Source: Acidobacteriota bacterium (GTDB lineage Bacteria > Acidobacteriota > Vicinamibacteria > Vicinamibacterales > UBA8438). From it: a DNA stretch of 64,000 bases. The stretch is taken from contig VXRJ01000035.1 in the NCBI GenBank assembly GCA_009838525.1, forward strand, positions 7,462-71,461, given 5' to 3'. The first letter of the stretch is position 1, and each line of letters begins with the position of its first letter. The position numbers and the translations under genes are program-made. The notes beneath the pieces were generated by a model. It searched no databases. It had not been told where the DNA came from and saw only the letters and a program-made list of their open reading frames with translations. This document shows, piece by piece, positions 53,207-61,620 of this stretch.

Positions 53207-54135
53207 TGCCGCGCCGGACGCTCGGCCGGGCGCGGGATACCGGCGTGGCCGGCCCCGGTTGGCTCGACCCGGCGGTCGTCGCCAGCCTCGGCTCGATGGA
53301 GCTGCGTGCGCGCACGGTCGTGGAAGGGTTCCTTCTCGGCCTGCACCGCAGTCCGTACACCGGCTTCAGCGTCGAGTTCTCGGAATACCGCCCCTACATA
53401 CCGGGCGACGATCTCTCCACGCTCGACTGGAAGGTGTACGCACGGCTCGACCGCTACTACGTCAAGCGATTCGAGGAGGACACGAATCTCGAGTGCCGGC
53501 TGCTCCTCGACATCTCCGCATCGATGAGCTACGGCTCGGGACCGGTGTCGAAACTGGAGTACGGATCGTACCTCGCCGCCGCCCTGGCCTGGCTGATGGA
53601 GCGCCAGCGGGACGCGGTTGGTCTGGCGACCTTTGATGACCGCGTGGTTGCCGACATCCCGCCCGGCGTGCGACCGGGGCACCTGCGGCGGATCCTGATT
53701 GCGCTTGACCACCTGGAGGCGGGCCGGCAGTCTGACGTCGCCGCCCCCCTCAACCGGCTCGCCGCCTCCATGCGCCGGCGAAGCATGGTGGTGGTGATCT
53801 CCGACCTGCTGGACGATCCCGAGCGGGTCATCGGTGGTCTGCGCCACCTGAAGTTCGGGCGCAACGACGTGGTCGTCTTCCACCTGCTGGATCCCGCTGA
53901 ACTGGCCTTCCCCTTCGAGCCGCCGACGCGCTTCGAGGATCTGGAGACGGGCGAGACGATCACCGGTGTGGCCGCCGAGCTGCGCGACGGCTACCTGCGG
54001 GAGATGGACCAGTTGCTGGAGTGCTACGCGCGTGAGCTGCCGCTCAGCGGCATCGAGTACCGTCGGGTCGACACGTCGCAGCCGCTCGACGACGCGCTGC
54101 GCGCGTACTTCTCGTCGCGGATCGCGCGAGGCTGA
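53203..54135 (+). CDS. DUF58-domain (VWA-like) protein
   Basis: The GFSVEFSEYRPYIPGDDLSTLDW motif is typical of DUF58. Overlaps the moxR stop. Confidence 0.88.
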   Translation: MMPRRTLGRARDTGVAGPGWLDPAVVASLGSMELRARTVVEGFLLGLHRSPYTGFSVEFSEYRPYIPGDDLSTLDWKVYARLDRYYVKRFEEDTNLECRLLLDISASMSYGSGPVSKLEYGSYLAAALAWLMERQRDAVGLATFDDRVVADIPPGVRPGHLRRILIALDHLEAGRQSDVAAPLNRLAASMRRRSMVVVISDLLDDPERVIGGLRHLKFGRNDVVVFHLLDPAELAFPFEPPTRFEDLETGETITGVAAELRDGYLREMDQLLECYARELPLSGIEYRRVDTSQPLDDALRAYFSSRIARG

Positions 54136-54150
54136 GCCACGGGCTCCTAG

Positions 54151-55287
54151 ATGTCGTTCCTGTCGCCGCTGTTCCTGATTGGCGTCCTGGCTGCCGCATT
54201 GCCGGTGATTCTGCATTTCACCTTGCGCGGGCGCGCGCCGCGCCTACCATTCAGCCACGTCCGTTTCCTCGAGCGGGCGTTCGTCCACCGGGACCTGCGT
54301 CGGCGGCTGCGCGAGTTGATCCTCCTCGCCTTGCGCGTTGCCGCGATAGTCCTGCTCGCCCTCGCTTTCGCCCGGCCGTTCCTGGACGCGACGGACAGCG
54401 CGACGGAAGACGACGATCGAGCGGCTCGCGCCGCCGATTCGGTGGCGGGCGGTGGGGCGCCGGCCGTCACGGGCCCGGCCGGGACCGTCGATCCGACCGG
54501 CGTACTGGTGGTCGTGAACGCCGGGACCCTGGAGCCCGATGCGCTGTACCTGACGCGCGCGATGGACGCAGCCCCGCCGGAACGGCCGTTCGCCGTTCGC
54601 GCCGTCGCGCCGGAAGCGGTCGCGTCGGCCGAACCGCCGGTATGGGATGCGACCGACGTCGTGGTGGTCGTCGGGACCACCGGACTGAGTCGTCCGGGAC
54701 GGGCACGCATAGCGCAGTTCGTGGGTGACGGCGGTGGCCTGTTGCTGGTTGCCGGACCGGGCGTCGACCCCAGCCTCGTGGGCGATCTGCTCGGCCCGCC
54801 GGTCGAGCTGGCGATGTCGCCGCCGGAGGAGGACGGCGCCCGTCGCCTCGCCGTCGCGGATCCGCGCCACCGCGTCTTCCGGCCGTTCGGCGATCGCGCC
54901 GCAGCCCTTGGGCAGGCGCAGTTCTCCACCACGGTCCGGACCACGCTGCCGGCTGCGGAAGTGCTCGCCCGCTTCGACGATGGCGCCCCGGCCCTGCTCG
55001 AATACCCGGACGCCCCGGGCCGGGTGCTCATCTTCGGTTCCGATCTGAACGATGACTGGAACGACTTCCCGCGACGGCCGGGCTATGTACCCTTTGTCCA
55101 CGAAGCGCTACGCTACCTGGCGCCCCGAACCCCGGACGGGCCTCCTCCGGGTGACGCGGAGGCGGCATCCCGGCCACCGCCGGCCGATGTTGAACCGGAC
55201 GCAGAGCCGGCGCTCTGGTGGTACGTCGTCGTGGCGCTTGGCCTCGTGCTGGTGGGCGAGCTGTTCGTGGGCCGCAACATGGTCTAG
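54151..55287 (+). CDS. BatA-N (N-terminal double-TM domain) protein
   Basis: MSFLSPLFLIGVLAAALPVILHF...RFLE N-terminus. Confidence 0.78.
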   Translation: MSFLSPLFLIGVLAAALPVILHFTLRGRAPRLPFSHVRFLERAFVHRDLRRRLRELILLALRVAAIVLLALAFARPFLDATDSATEDDDRAARAADSVAGGGAPAVTGPAGTVDPTGVLVVVNAGTLEPDALYLTRAMDAAPPERPFAVRAVAPEAVASAEPPVWDATDVVVVVGTTGLSRPGRARIAQFVGDGGGLLLVAGPGVDPSLVGDLLGPPVELAMSPPEEDGARRLAVADPRHRVFRPFGDRAAALGQAQFSTTVRTTLPAAEVLARFDDGAPALLEYPDAPGRVLIFGSDLNDDWNDFPRRPGYVPFVHEALRYLAPRTPDGPPPGDAEAASRPPPADVEPDAEPALWWYVVVALGLVLVGELFVGRNMV

Positions 55288-55328
55288 CAGCCCGTGGTGA
55301 AACCCCCACACCATTCGAGCGGCGATGC
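55285..55328 (+). repeat. Intergenic repeat R2, copy h (inside the MoxR/BatA cluster)
   Basis: TAGCAGCCCGTGGTGAAACCCCCACACCATTCGAGCGGCGATGC. The TAG is the BatA-N stop. Confidence 0.7.
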
Positions 55329-55354
55329 AACGCGCGTCCCGTGGGACCGTGGCA

Positions 55355-55360
55355 TACACT
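55355..55360 (+). promoter_or_regulatory. -10-like box TACACT, 5 nt upstream of GTG 55366 and 8 nt upstream of ATG 55369
   Basis: gcaTACACT-gaggc-GTGATG. Confidence 0.45.
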
Positions 55361-55365
55361 GAGGC

Positions 55366-57939
55366 GTGATGGAAGCGTCCCGGGCCGACATCACGGCGCT
55401 GCTCCGGACGGTTCGCCGGCGGTGGGCCGCTGCCCGCCTGATGACCGCGGCGGCCCGGACGGCAGGAGCGGCGACGCTCGTCCTGGCCACTCTGCTGGGC
55501 ATCGATCGTCTGCTGGGTCCGAACGATGGATTTCTCGCTGCCGTCGGCGTTCTTGCCGCCGGTCTGATCGTAGGGTTCGCCATCCGGTTCTTCCTTCCGT
55601 TCCGCACGCTGCCGGACGACCGTCAGGTGGCCCGGTTCATAGAGGAGCATTGCCCTGAACTGGAGGATCGTCTGGCGAGTGCTGTCGCGGTGCGTCCATC
55701 GGCGTCGCCGCTCGGTCGCCTCGTCCTGGACGACGCGGCGCGGCGCGCCCGGAGGGTGGATCCTGGCCGGATCGTGGACCGCGGCACGTTGCGCCGCGCG
55801 CTGGCGGCGGGTATCGGCGCGACTGCCGCTTTCGTCGCGCTGTCGGTCGCGGGCGCCGACTTCCTGGGCCGCATCGCACAGGCGGGTTGGCTGTATGCCG
55901 CCTCGCCCGGCGGCGTAGCCGCACCGGACGGCCGCGACGCGCCTGGAGGCGCAGCCGCGCCGCAGGTCGAGCGGATCGACGTGGCCTACGCCTATCCGGC
56001 GCATACGCGACTTGCTTCGCGGGTGGACCGCGGCGGCGGCGACGTCTTCGCGCCGGAGGGCACCACCGTCACCATTACGGTCTATACCGACGCGCCGGTG
56101 CGCACCGGTTCGCTGCGGTTCGGGTCGGGCGGGACGCTGACGCTCGCTCCCGCAGCCGCCGCATCGCTTGCCGCGACGTTCGACGTCGTGGGGGACGACG
56201 CGTATCGGGTGGCGCTCGGAAATGCGGGCAGCCAAGGGACGGAGTACCTCGTCCGGGCGATTCCCGATCGGCCGCCGGTCATCGAGCTCCGCCGTCCTGC
56301 CGGGGATCGCGAGATCACGTCGGTCGAAGAGCCGGTTGTCGAGGCCCACGCGGAGGACGACTACGCCCTGCAGGAGCTGGAGCTTGTCTACACCGTGGCG
56401 GGCCGCGATCCACGACGGGTGAACCTGTTGGGTGAACCGGCGGCGCGCGTTGCCGGCGCTCACACGCTCTACGCCGAACGACTCGGCGTGTCCCCGGGAG
56501 ACGTCATCAGCTACTACGTCCGGGCCCGCGACGGGAACCCGCGCCGGACCCGGGATGTCCGCAGCGGCATCTACTTCATGACGGTACGTCCCTTCGCCCG
56601 AGAGTACCAGGTCTCGATGGCGCGGTCCGGAGCCGGCATGGACGCCGACACTATCCGCCGCCTTGCGGAGATGCAGAAGGAGATCGTCGCCGCTACCTGG
56701 CAGATCGATCGGGGCACGGAGACAGCCCCTGCCGTTCGGGACGATCTGACCGCCCTCGCCGATGCGCAGGACGAGTTGCGCGAACGGACCCTTGGCGCCG
56801 CGGCCCAGATGTTGCAGCGCGGACGATCACAGGCGGAGCGGGATGCGCTGGCCGCCGCGGTGGCGGCGATGGAGCAGGCGGAGGCGCAGCTTCGGATCGG
56901 GTCTGCGTCCAGGGCGCTGCCGCCGCAACTGGAGGCCCTCAACCAGTTGCATCGCGTCGAGGCGGCGATCCGGCGGATGGAACTCTCGTTCGGGCAGGCG
57001 CAGGGGAGTTCGGCGTGGTGGCAACCACAGGAAGATCTCTCCTCCCTTTTCGATCGCGATCTGCGCCGCGAGCAGCAGACCAACTACGAGGCGCTGGAGT
57101 CTTCGTCGGCGGATGGCGCCGCGGACGAGGAGAGTGATGCGCTCCGCCGGGTCCGCGAGCTGGCGGCGCGGCAGGAAGCCCTGAATCGGGCGCAGGCGGA
57201 CCTTGTCCGGCGGGAGGACGCCATGAGCGCCGAGGAAGCGGCGCGCATCCTGGCCCGCCTGACGCGCGAGCAGCAGCAGTTGCGCGAGCAGGCGGAAGCG
57301 CTCCAGCGTGACCTCCAGCAACGGCTTGACGGCGCCGGCAGCGGTGACGGAACCGCCGACGGAGTGTCGGAGACGGCGCAGGCGCGACGGGCGCTCAATC
57401 AACTGCAGACCGAAGTGCGCGCGGCTGAACTCACCGCCGAGTTGCAGGCGGTGGAGGCCTTGCGGCGCCGGCTGGAGGCGAGCGGCGAGTCGGCTGGCGG
57501 CGAGGAGGATGGCGGCGCGTCGGGCGACGACGCCGGCGGGGAAGAGCAGGGAGAGGGTGGCGCAAGCGCAATCGGTGTTGCCGCACAGGCGCTGTTACGG
57601 CAGCTTGAGGCGTCGCCGGGCCTCGAAGCGGCGCTCCGCGGAATGCGTCCCGAGGCAGTGGAATCACTTGAGCGGTGGGCGGAACACCGGTTCACCGGGA
57701 GCTCTCCGGGAACGGAGGCGTTCAAACAGGACTACGCCGACTGGGAGATGCTCCGGGCTGGCCTGCGAGAGGCGCTCGAGGCAATCGCCGCCGACCGTGC
57801 TGGCGCCCTGCAACGCGCCCGGCGCGAGGGGCGGCTTGACGCGGGCGCGGACGACGCTGCACCGGACGGTTACGAGGCAGCCGTCCGGCGGTACTTCCGC
57901 GCCCTGGCGGAACCGCGGGCGCCAGCCGGCGCTCGCTAG
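55366..57939 (+). CDS. Large membrane-anchored coiled-coil protein (DUF4175-like)
   Basis: N-terminal TM pair. Long Ala/Arg/Glu/Gln-rich coiled coil plus an acidic Gly-rich segment. Its position after BatA-N is typical. Confidence 0.7.
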   Translation: MMEASRADITALLRTVRRRWAAARLMTAAARTAGAATLVLATLLGIDRLLGPNDGFLAAVGVLAAGLIVGFAIRFFLPFRTLPDDRQVARFIEEHCPELEDRLASAVAVRPSASPLGRLVLDDAARRARRVDPGRIVDRGTLRRALAAGIGATAAFVALSVAGADFLGRIAQAGWLYAASPGGVAAPDGRDAPGGAAAPQVERIDVAYAYPAHTRLASRVDRGGGDVFAPEGTTVTITVYTDAPVRTGSLRFGSGGTLTLAPAAAASLAATFDVVGDDAYRVALGNAGSQGTEYLVRAIPDRPPVIELRRPAGDREITSVEEPVVEAHAEDDYALQELELVYTVAGRDPRRVNLLGEPAARVAGAHTLYAERLGVSPGDVISYYVRARDGNPRRTRDVRSGIYFMTVRPFAREYQVSMARSGAGMDADTIRRLAEMQKEIVAATWQIDRGTETAPAVRDDLTALADAQDELRERTLGAAAQMLQRGRSQAERDALAAAVAAMEQAEAQLRIGSASRALPPQLEALNQLHRVEAAIRRMELSFGQAQGSSAWWQPQEDLSSLFDRDLRREQQTNYEALESSSADGAADEESDALRRVRELAARQEALNRAQADLVRREDAMSAEEAARILARLTREQQQLREQAEALQRDLQQRLDGAGSGDGTADGVSETAQARRALNQLQTEVRAAELTAELQAVEALRRRLEASGESAGGEEDGGASGDDAGGEEQGEGGASAIGVAAQALLRQLEASPGLEAALRGMRPEAVESLERWAEHRFTGSSPGTEAFKQDYADWEMLRAGLREALEAIAADRAGALQRARREGRLDAGADDAAPDGYEAAVRRYFRALAEPRAPAGAR

Positions 57940-60153
57940 ATGGAATTCGGTCTTTCTGTTCCCTGGTGGGGTGTCGCCGCCGCCATCGCCGTCGCGGGCG
58001 GGCTGGCGTGGTGGGCGTACGCGCGGCCGCCGGTCGCGCTGACGCGGGGGCAGCGCGCGACGCTCACCGTGCTCCGTCTGGCCGTGCTGCTGGCCGTGGT
58101 GTTCTTGCTGCTGCAGCCGGTCCGGACGGAGCCGGCGCCACCGGGCGGTGTGGTTGCCCTTCTGATTGACCAGTCGCGGAGTATGGCGATCGCTGATGTC
58201 GATGGCGGCCAGCGCGTCGATCGCGCGCGCGCGATCGTGCGCGACACGCTGCAACCGATGCTGGCCGATACGGTGTTCGGGATCGCGACGGTCGATTTCG
58301 ACGACTCGGACCTCGCCGGCGCCCTCGACGGCGTCGTCGAAAGGCTGGACGGCGAGGATGTGGCGGGAGTTGTCCTGCTGACCGACGGCGCCGACACCGG
58401 CGACGGCGACGCGGTGGAGGCGGCGGCGCGGATCGGCGCGCCGTTGCACGTTGTCGGTATCGGCGCCACGGCGTCGGGCATCGATCTGGAGGTGGCGGGA
58501 TTGACAGCCGGTGAAGCCACGGCGCCCGGGTCGCTGATTGACCTGACGGCGACGATCGCCGCGCACGGCGGGAGCGACGCGCTGGCGACGCCGTCGGGGT
58601 CCCCTGCCCCTGGTGCAACCGGAGGCAGGTTGCGCCTCCTGGAAGCGGACCGTCTGGTCGAAGTACGGCCGTTCAGGCCAGCGGGCGAGGGGACACCGGT
58701 GGTCGAACGGTTTCGCGTGCCGGCCGTCCCGGACCGGCCGATCGCGTACACCGTGGAGGTGGCCGGCGACACGGTGGATCCGGTTCCCGGCAACAACCGG
58801 CGAAGCGTTCTCGTGCCGCCCGCGGCCGAGGAGCGCCGAATCCTGATGGTCGAGGGGGCGCCGGGCTACGAGCACAGCTTTCTGAAGCGGACATGGCAGG
58901 CGGATCCTGGCCTGACCGTCGATGCGGTGGTGCGTAAAGGGCAAAACGATCGGGGCGAGCAGACCTTCTACGTGCAGGGCGACGCCGGACGAACGGCGGC
59001 GCTCGCGGATGGCTATCCGCGTACCCGCGCCGATCTCTTCCGTTACGACGCGGTGGTCTTCGCCAACATCGAGGCGGAGTTCTTCCGGCCGGAGCAGCTT
59101 GGCCTGACCGCGTCGTTCGTCACCGAGCGCGGTGGGGGTCTCCTGCTGCTCGGCCCCTCGACGCTCCGCCGCGGCGGCTATGCCGGGTCGGCGATCGAGC
59201 CGGTCCTGCCGGCCGCGCTGGTCGAGCGGCTCGGCTTGTCGTCCGTAGACGACATCGCGGGCGCGGACCGTGTGCGTATGGCGCCGACGGATGAGGGATT
59301 GGCCCACCCGATGATGCGGCTTGCGGGCACCGCGGACGAGACGCGCGCCCGGTGGGACGCCTTGCCAGCCTTGAGCGGGAGTGTTCGACTGGGTCCGGTC
59401 CGTCCGGGCGCAACGGTGTTGGCCGCGGCTCCACCGGCAGGAGGCGAACGGACGGAGCGCCCGATGGTGGCCGTGCAGCGCTACGGCGCCGGGCGGTCGA
59501 TGGTCTTTGCCGGGCGCGGCGCGTGGCGCTGGCGGATGCTGTTGCCGAGCGAGGATCGGACGTACGAAACTTGGTGGGGACAGACGGCGCGCTGGTTGAC
59601 GGCTGGCGCACGCGGGCGACTCCACGTCACGGCGCGAGCGGCCGGGTCGCCCGAGGCGCGCGTGGAGGTCCGGGTCAACCTTCACGACGAGCAGTTCCGG
59701 CCGGTTCAGGATGCCGACGTGGTGGTGGTCATCACGGACCCGGCCGGTGAAGCGGAGGAGGCGCGCGCGGCGCCGGCGGCGGCGCCGGGACGCTATGAGG
59801 CATCAGCGGAGCGGATCGCCGCGGAGGGGGTTCATCTGGTGGAGGTGACGGCGACCCTTGGCGGAAACGCGATCGAGCAGGGCCGTGCCTGGGTGCTTGC
59901 GGGCGGCGCCGACCCGGAACTGGCGGATCCCTGGCTGCGTCCCCTGCGCCTCGCGCGGATGGCGGAGGCCGGGGGCGGAGAGTACTTCGACGGGTCGGCC
60001 GTCGCCGCACTGCCGGCGCGGGTTCAGGAAACCGCGCCGTCGCCGGCCCGGCACGTGACCCGCCAGATCTGGCATCATCCGCTCGTGTTTCTCCTGCTGG
60101 TGACGCTGCTCGGAGCGGAGTGGGTATTCCGCCGCAGGTGGGGGATGCGGTGA
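57940..60153 (+). CDS. Membrane VWA-domain / class-I-glutamine-amidotransferase-like protein
   Basis: TM helices, the MIDAS-like LLIDQSRSM motif, and a later GATase1-like fold segment (YDAVVFANI...GGGLLLLG). ATG directly follows the upstream TAG. Confidence 0.7.
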   Translation: MEFGLSVPWWGVAAAIAVAGGLAWWAYARPPVALTRGQRATLTVLRLAVLLAVVFLLLQPVRTEPAPPGGVVALLIDQSRSMAIADVDGGQRVDRARAIVRDTLQPMLADTVFGIATVDFDDSDLAGALDGVVERLDGEDVAGVVLLTDGADTGDGDAVEAAARIGAPLHVVGIGATASGIDLEVAGLTAGEATAPGSLIDLTATIAAHGGSDALATPSGSPAPGATGGRLRLLEADRLVEVRPFRPAGEGTPVVERFRVPAVPDRPIAYTVEVAGDTVDPVPGNNRRSVLVPPAAEERRILMVEGAPGYEHSFLKRTWQADPGLTVDAVVRKGQNDRGEQTFYVQGDAGRTAALADGYPRTRADLFRYDAVVFANIEAEFFRPEQLGLTASFVTERGGGLLLLGPSTLRRGGYAGSAIEPVLPAALVERLGLSSVDDIAGADRVRMAPTDEGLAHPMMRLAGTADETRARWDALPALSGSVRLGPVRPGATVLAAAPPAGGERTERPMVAVQRYGAGRSMVFAGRGAWRWRMLLPSEDRTYETWWGQTARWLTAGARGRLHVTARAAGSPEARVEVRVNLHDEQFRPVQDADVVVVITDPAGEAEEARAAPAAAPGRYEASAERIAAEGVHLVEVTATLGGNAIEQGRAWVLAGGADPELADPWLRPLRLARMAEAGGGEYFDGSAVAALPARVQETAPSPARHVTRQIWHHPLVFLLLVTLLGAEWVFRRRWGMR

Positions 60154-60425
60154 AGTGCCCGCAGTGCGGACAGGTGATCGACGACGACGCCCTCGTCTGT
60201 TACCGGTGCGGAGCCGCGACGAGCGAGCGAAAGCACGAGCCGGCGAGCCTGGAGGAGAAACGGGACCCGCGCCGATGGTCGCCGATCCTGCTCGGGCTCA
60301 TTCTCGTCTGCAGCACGTTCCTCTTCGTGGGGCTGTCGATCACCGGGCGACCGGTCGATCCGCTGGTGTGGGCGATGCTCGCGGTTGCCGGCGGCCTCCT
60401 GGCGTGGCGGCTGCGTATCCGCTAG
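60150..60425 (+). CDS. Small zinc-ribbon membrane protein
   Basis: GTGA overlap with the upstream stop. CPQCG...CYRCG followed by two TM helices. Confidence 0.55.
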   Translation: MKCPQCGQVIDDDALVCYRCGAATSERKHEPASLEEKRDPRRWSPILLGLILVCSTFLFVGLSITGRPVDPLVWAMLAVAGGLLAWRLRIR

Positions 60426-60470
60426 CTGCCAGGCAGCCTGTGGAAGGCGGCCAGGAGCTGGGCGCCCGCT

Positions 60471-60493
60471 CGCCCGCAAGGGCGCGCTAGCGG
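60471..60493. repeat. Intergenic repeat R1, partial copy d
   Basis: CGCCCGCAAGGGCGCGCTAGCG is identical over 22 nt to 6719-6740. The CTA is the stop of the minus-strand CHAD gene. Confidence 0.75.
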
Positions 60494-61464
60494 CGGCCGT
60501 GCGACGCCCTGGGAGCATCGGCTCCACCCAGCGTCATCTTGAGCACGCGCCCGCCGCCGGAGCGGCCACCGTGGGCGTTCCACATGCGCGAAGCGAGCCG
60601 CGTCGCGATTCGACTGATGTCGAGCAGCTTCGCCTGCCCGGCAACGAACTGGCCGTGCAGGCGACGGCACTCCTCGGTGATGTCGCGGTCGAGCGCGTCG
60701 AGCTGCGTCGCCCACGCTTCACTACGCCCAATTGGCGACTCGATGCTCCGTAGCAGACCCTGCAGGATCTCCAGATCGTGCAGCCGTCCCAGCGTCTCCT
60801 GCAACTGCTTCAGGCCGGCGACGGCGCTGGCCGTCTGCTCCGCTACGGCACCCGCGGCACCGGTGTCGACCGTCAGCTCGAGCGCGTACCGAAGCTGCTT
60901 GCCGACAATCCGCACTTCGTGAACCCGTTCCGAGACGTACATCGGTCCGGCTTCCCTCACTGCCTCGCGCAACCGCTCGGCCCGGCGCTCGATTCGGGTC
61001 GACAGGACGAGCGCCCATTCATCCGTGGCATCGTGCGTCCCGATCGCCTTCAGCACCTCGGCGACGTCGCGCTCGACCTTGCGCAGCGCGGCCGGCTTCA
61101 ACCGGGTGTACATCCGTTGACGTTGCCGATCCCGCTCCTCGCGAACCCGCTGCCGCAGCCGAGCGGCGCCGGCGGGCTGAGCCCACCCTTCCTGCTCCAG
61201 CTCCAGCACGAGGTCCAGCGCCACATCCAGCTCACGAACCGGTCCGAGCGTGCGACCAAGCCCCCGGGCGCGACGCCGAGCCCGGCCCGCCAGCCGGCCG
61301 GTCAGCTCCGCCTCGCACAACGGCAGCAGCTCGCGCAAACGTCGGGTGGCCACGCGGCACTGGTGCAGCGGTTCCACATCGCCCGCCAGCATCGGCCGAA
61401 TCGAACGGACCAGGGCGCGGACACGCCGTTCGAGCGGCGCCTTCAGCGGGTGCGATCCGGTCAT
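60487..61464 (-). CDS. CHAD-domain protein
   Basis: Helical and Arg/His-rich with VHQCRVATRRLRELL- and VRIVGKQLRYALE-type motifs. Divergent from ppx. Confidence 0.85.
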   Translation of the reverse strand: MTGSHPLKAPLERRVRALVRSIRPMLAGDVEPLHQCRVATRRLRELLPLCEAELTGRLAGRARRRARGLGRTLGPVRELDVALDLVLELEQEGWAQPAGAARLRQRVREERDRQRQRMYTRLKPAALRKVERDVAEVLKAIGTHDATDEWALVLSTRIERRAERLREAVREAGPMYVSERVHEVRIVGKQLRYALELTVDTGAAGAVAEQTASAVAGLKQLQETLGRLHDLEILQGLLRSIESPIGRSEAWATQLDALDRDITEECRRLHGQFVAGQAKLLDISRIATRLASRMWNAHGGRSGGGRVLKMTLGGADAPRASHGRR

Positions 61465-61620
61465 CCGCGCGCCGGCCAGCCTGAATCGGTCATGGTAGGA
61501 TGCCCCCGGCTCTAAAACAGGCGCGTTTCGGGAACGTAGGCGATTATACCGAAGCCGCCCTGCCACGCCACACGAAGTCACCCTTCTCTCGGGAAGGGAA
61601 TGCTCCTGCATCGCTGACAA

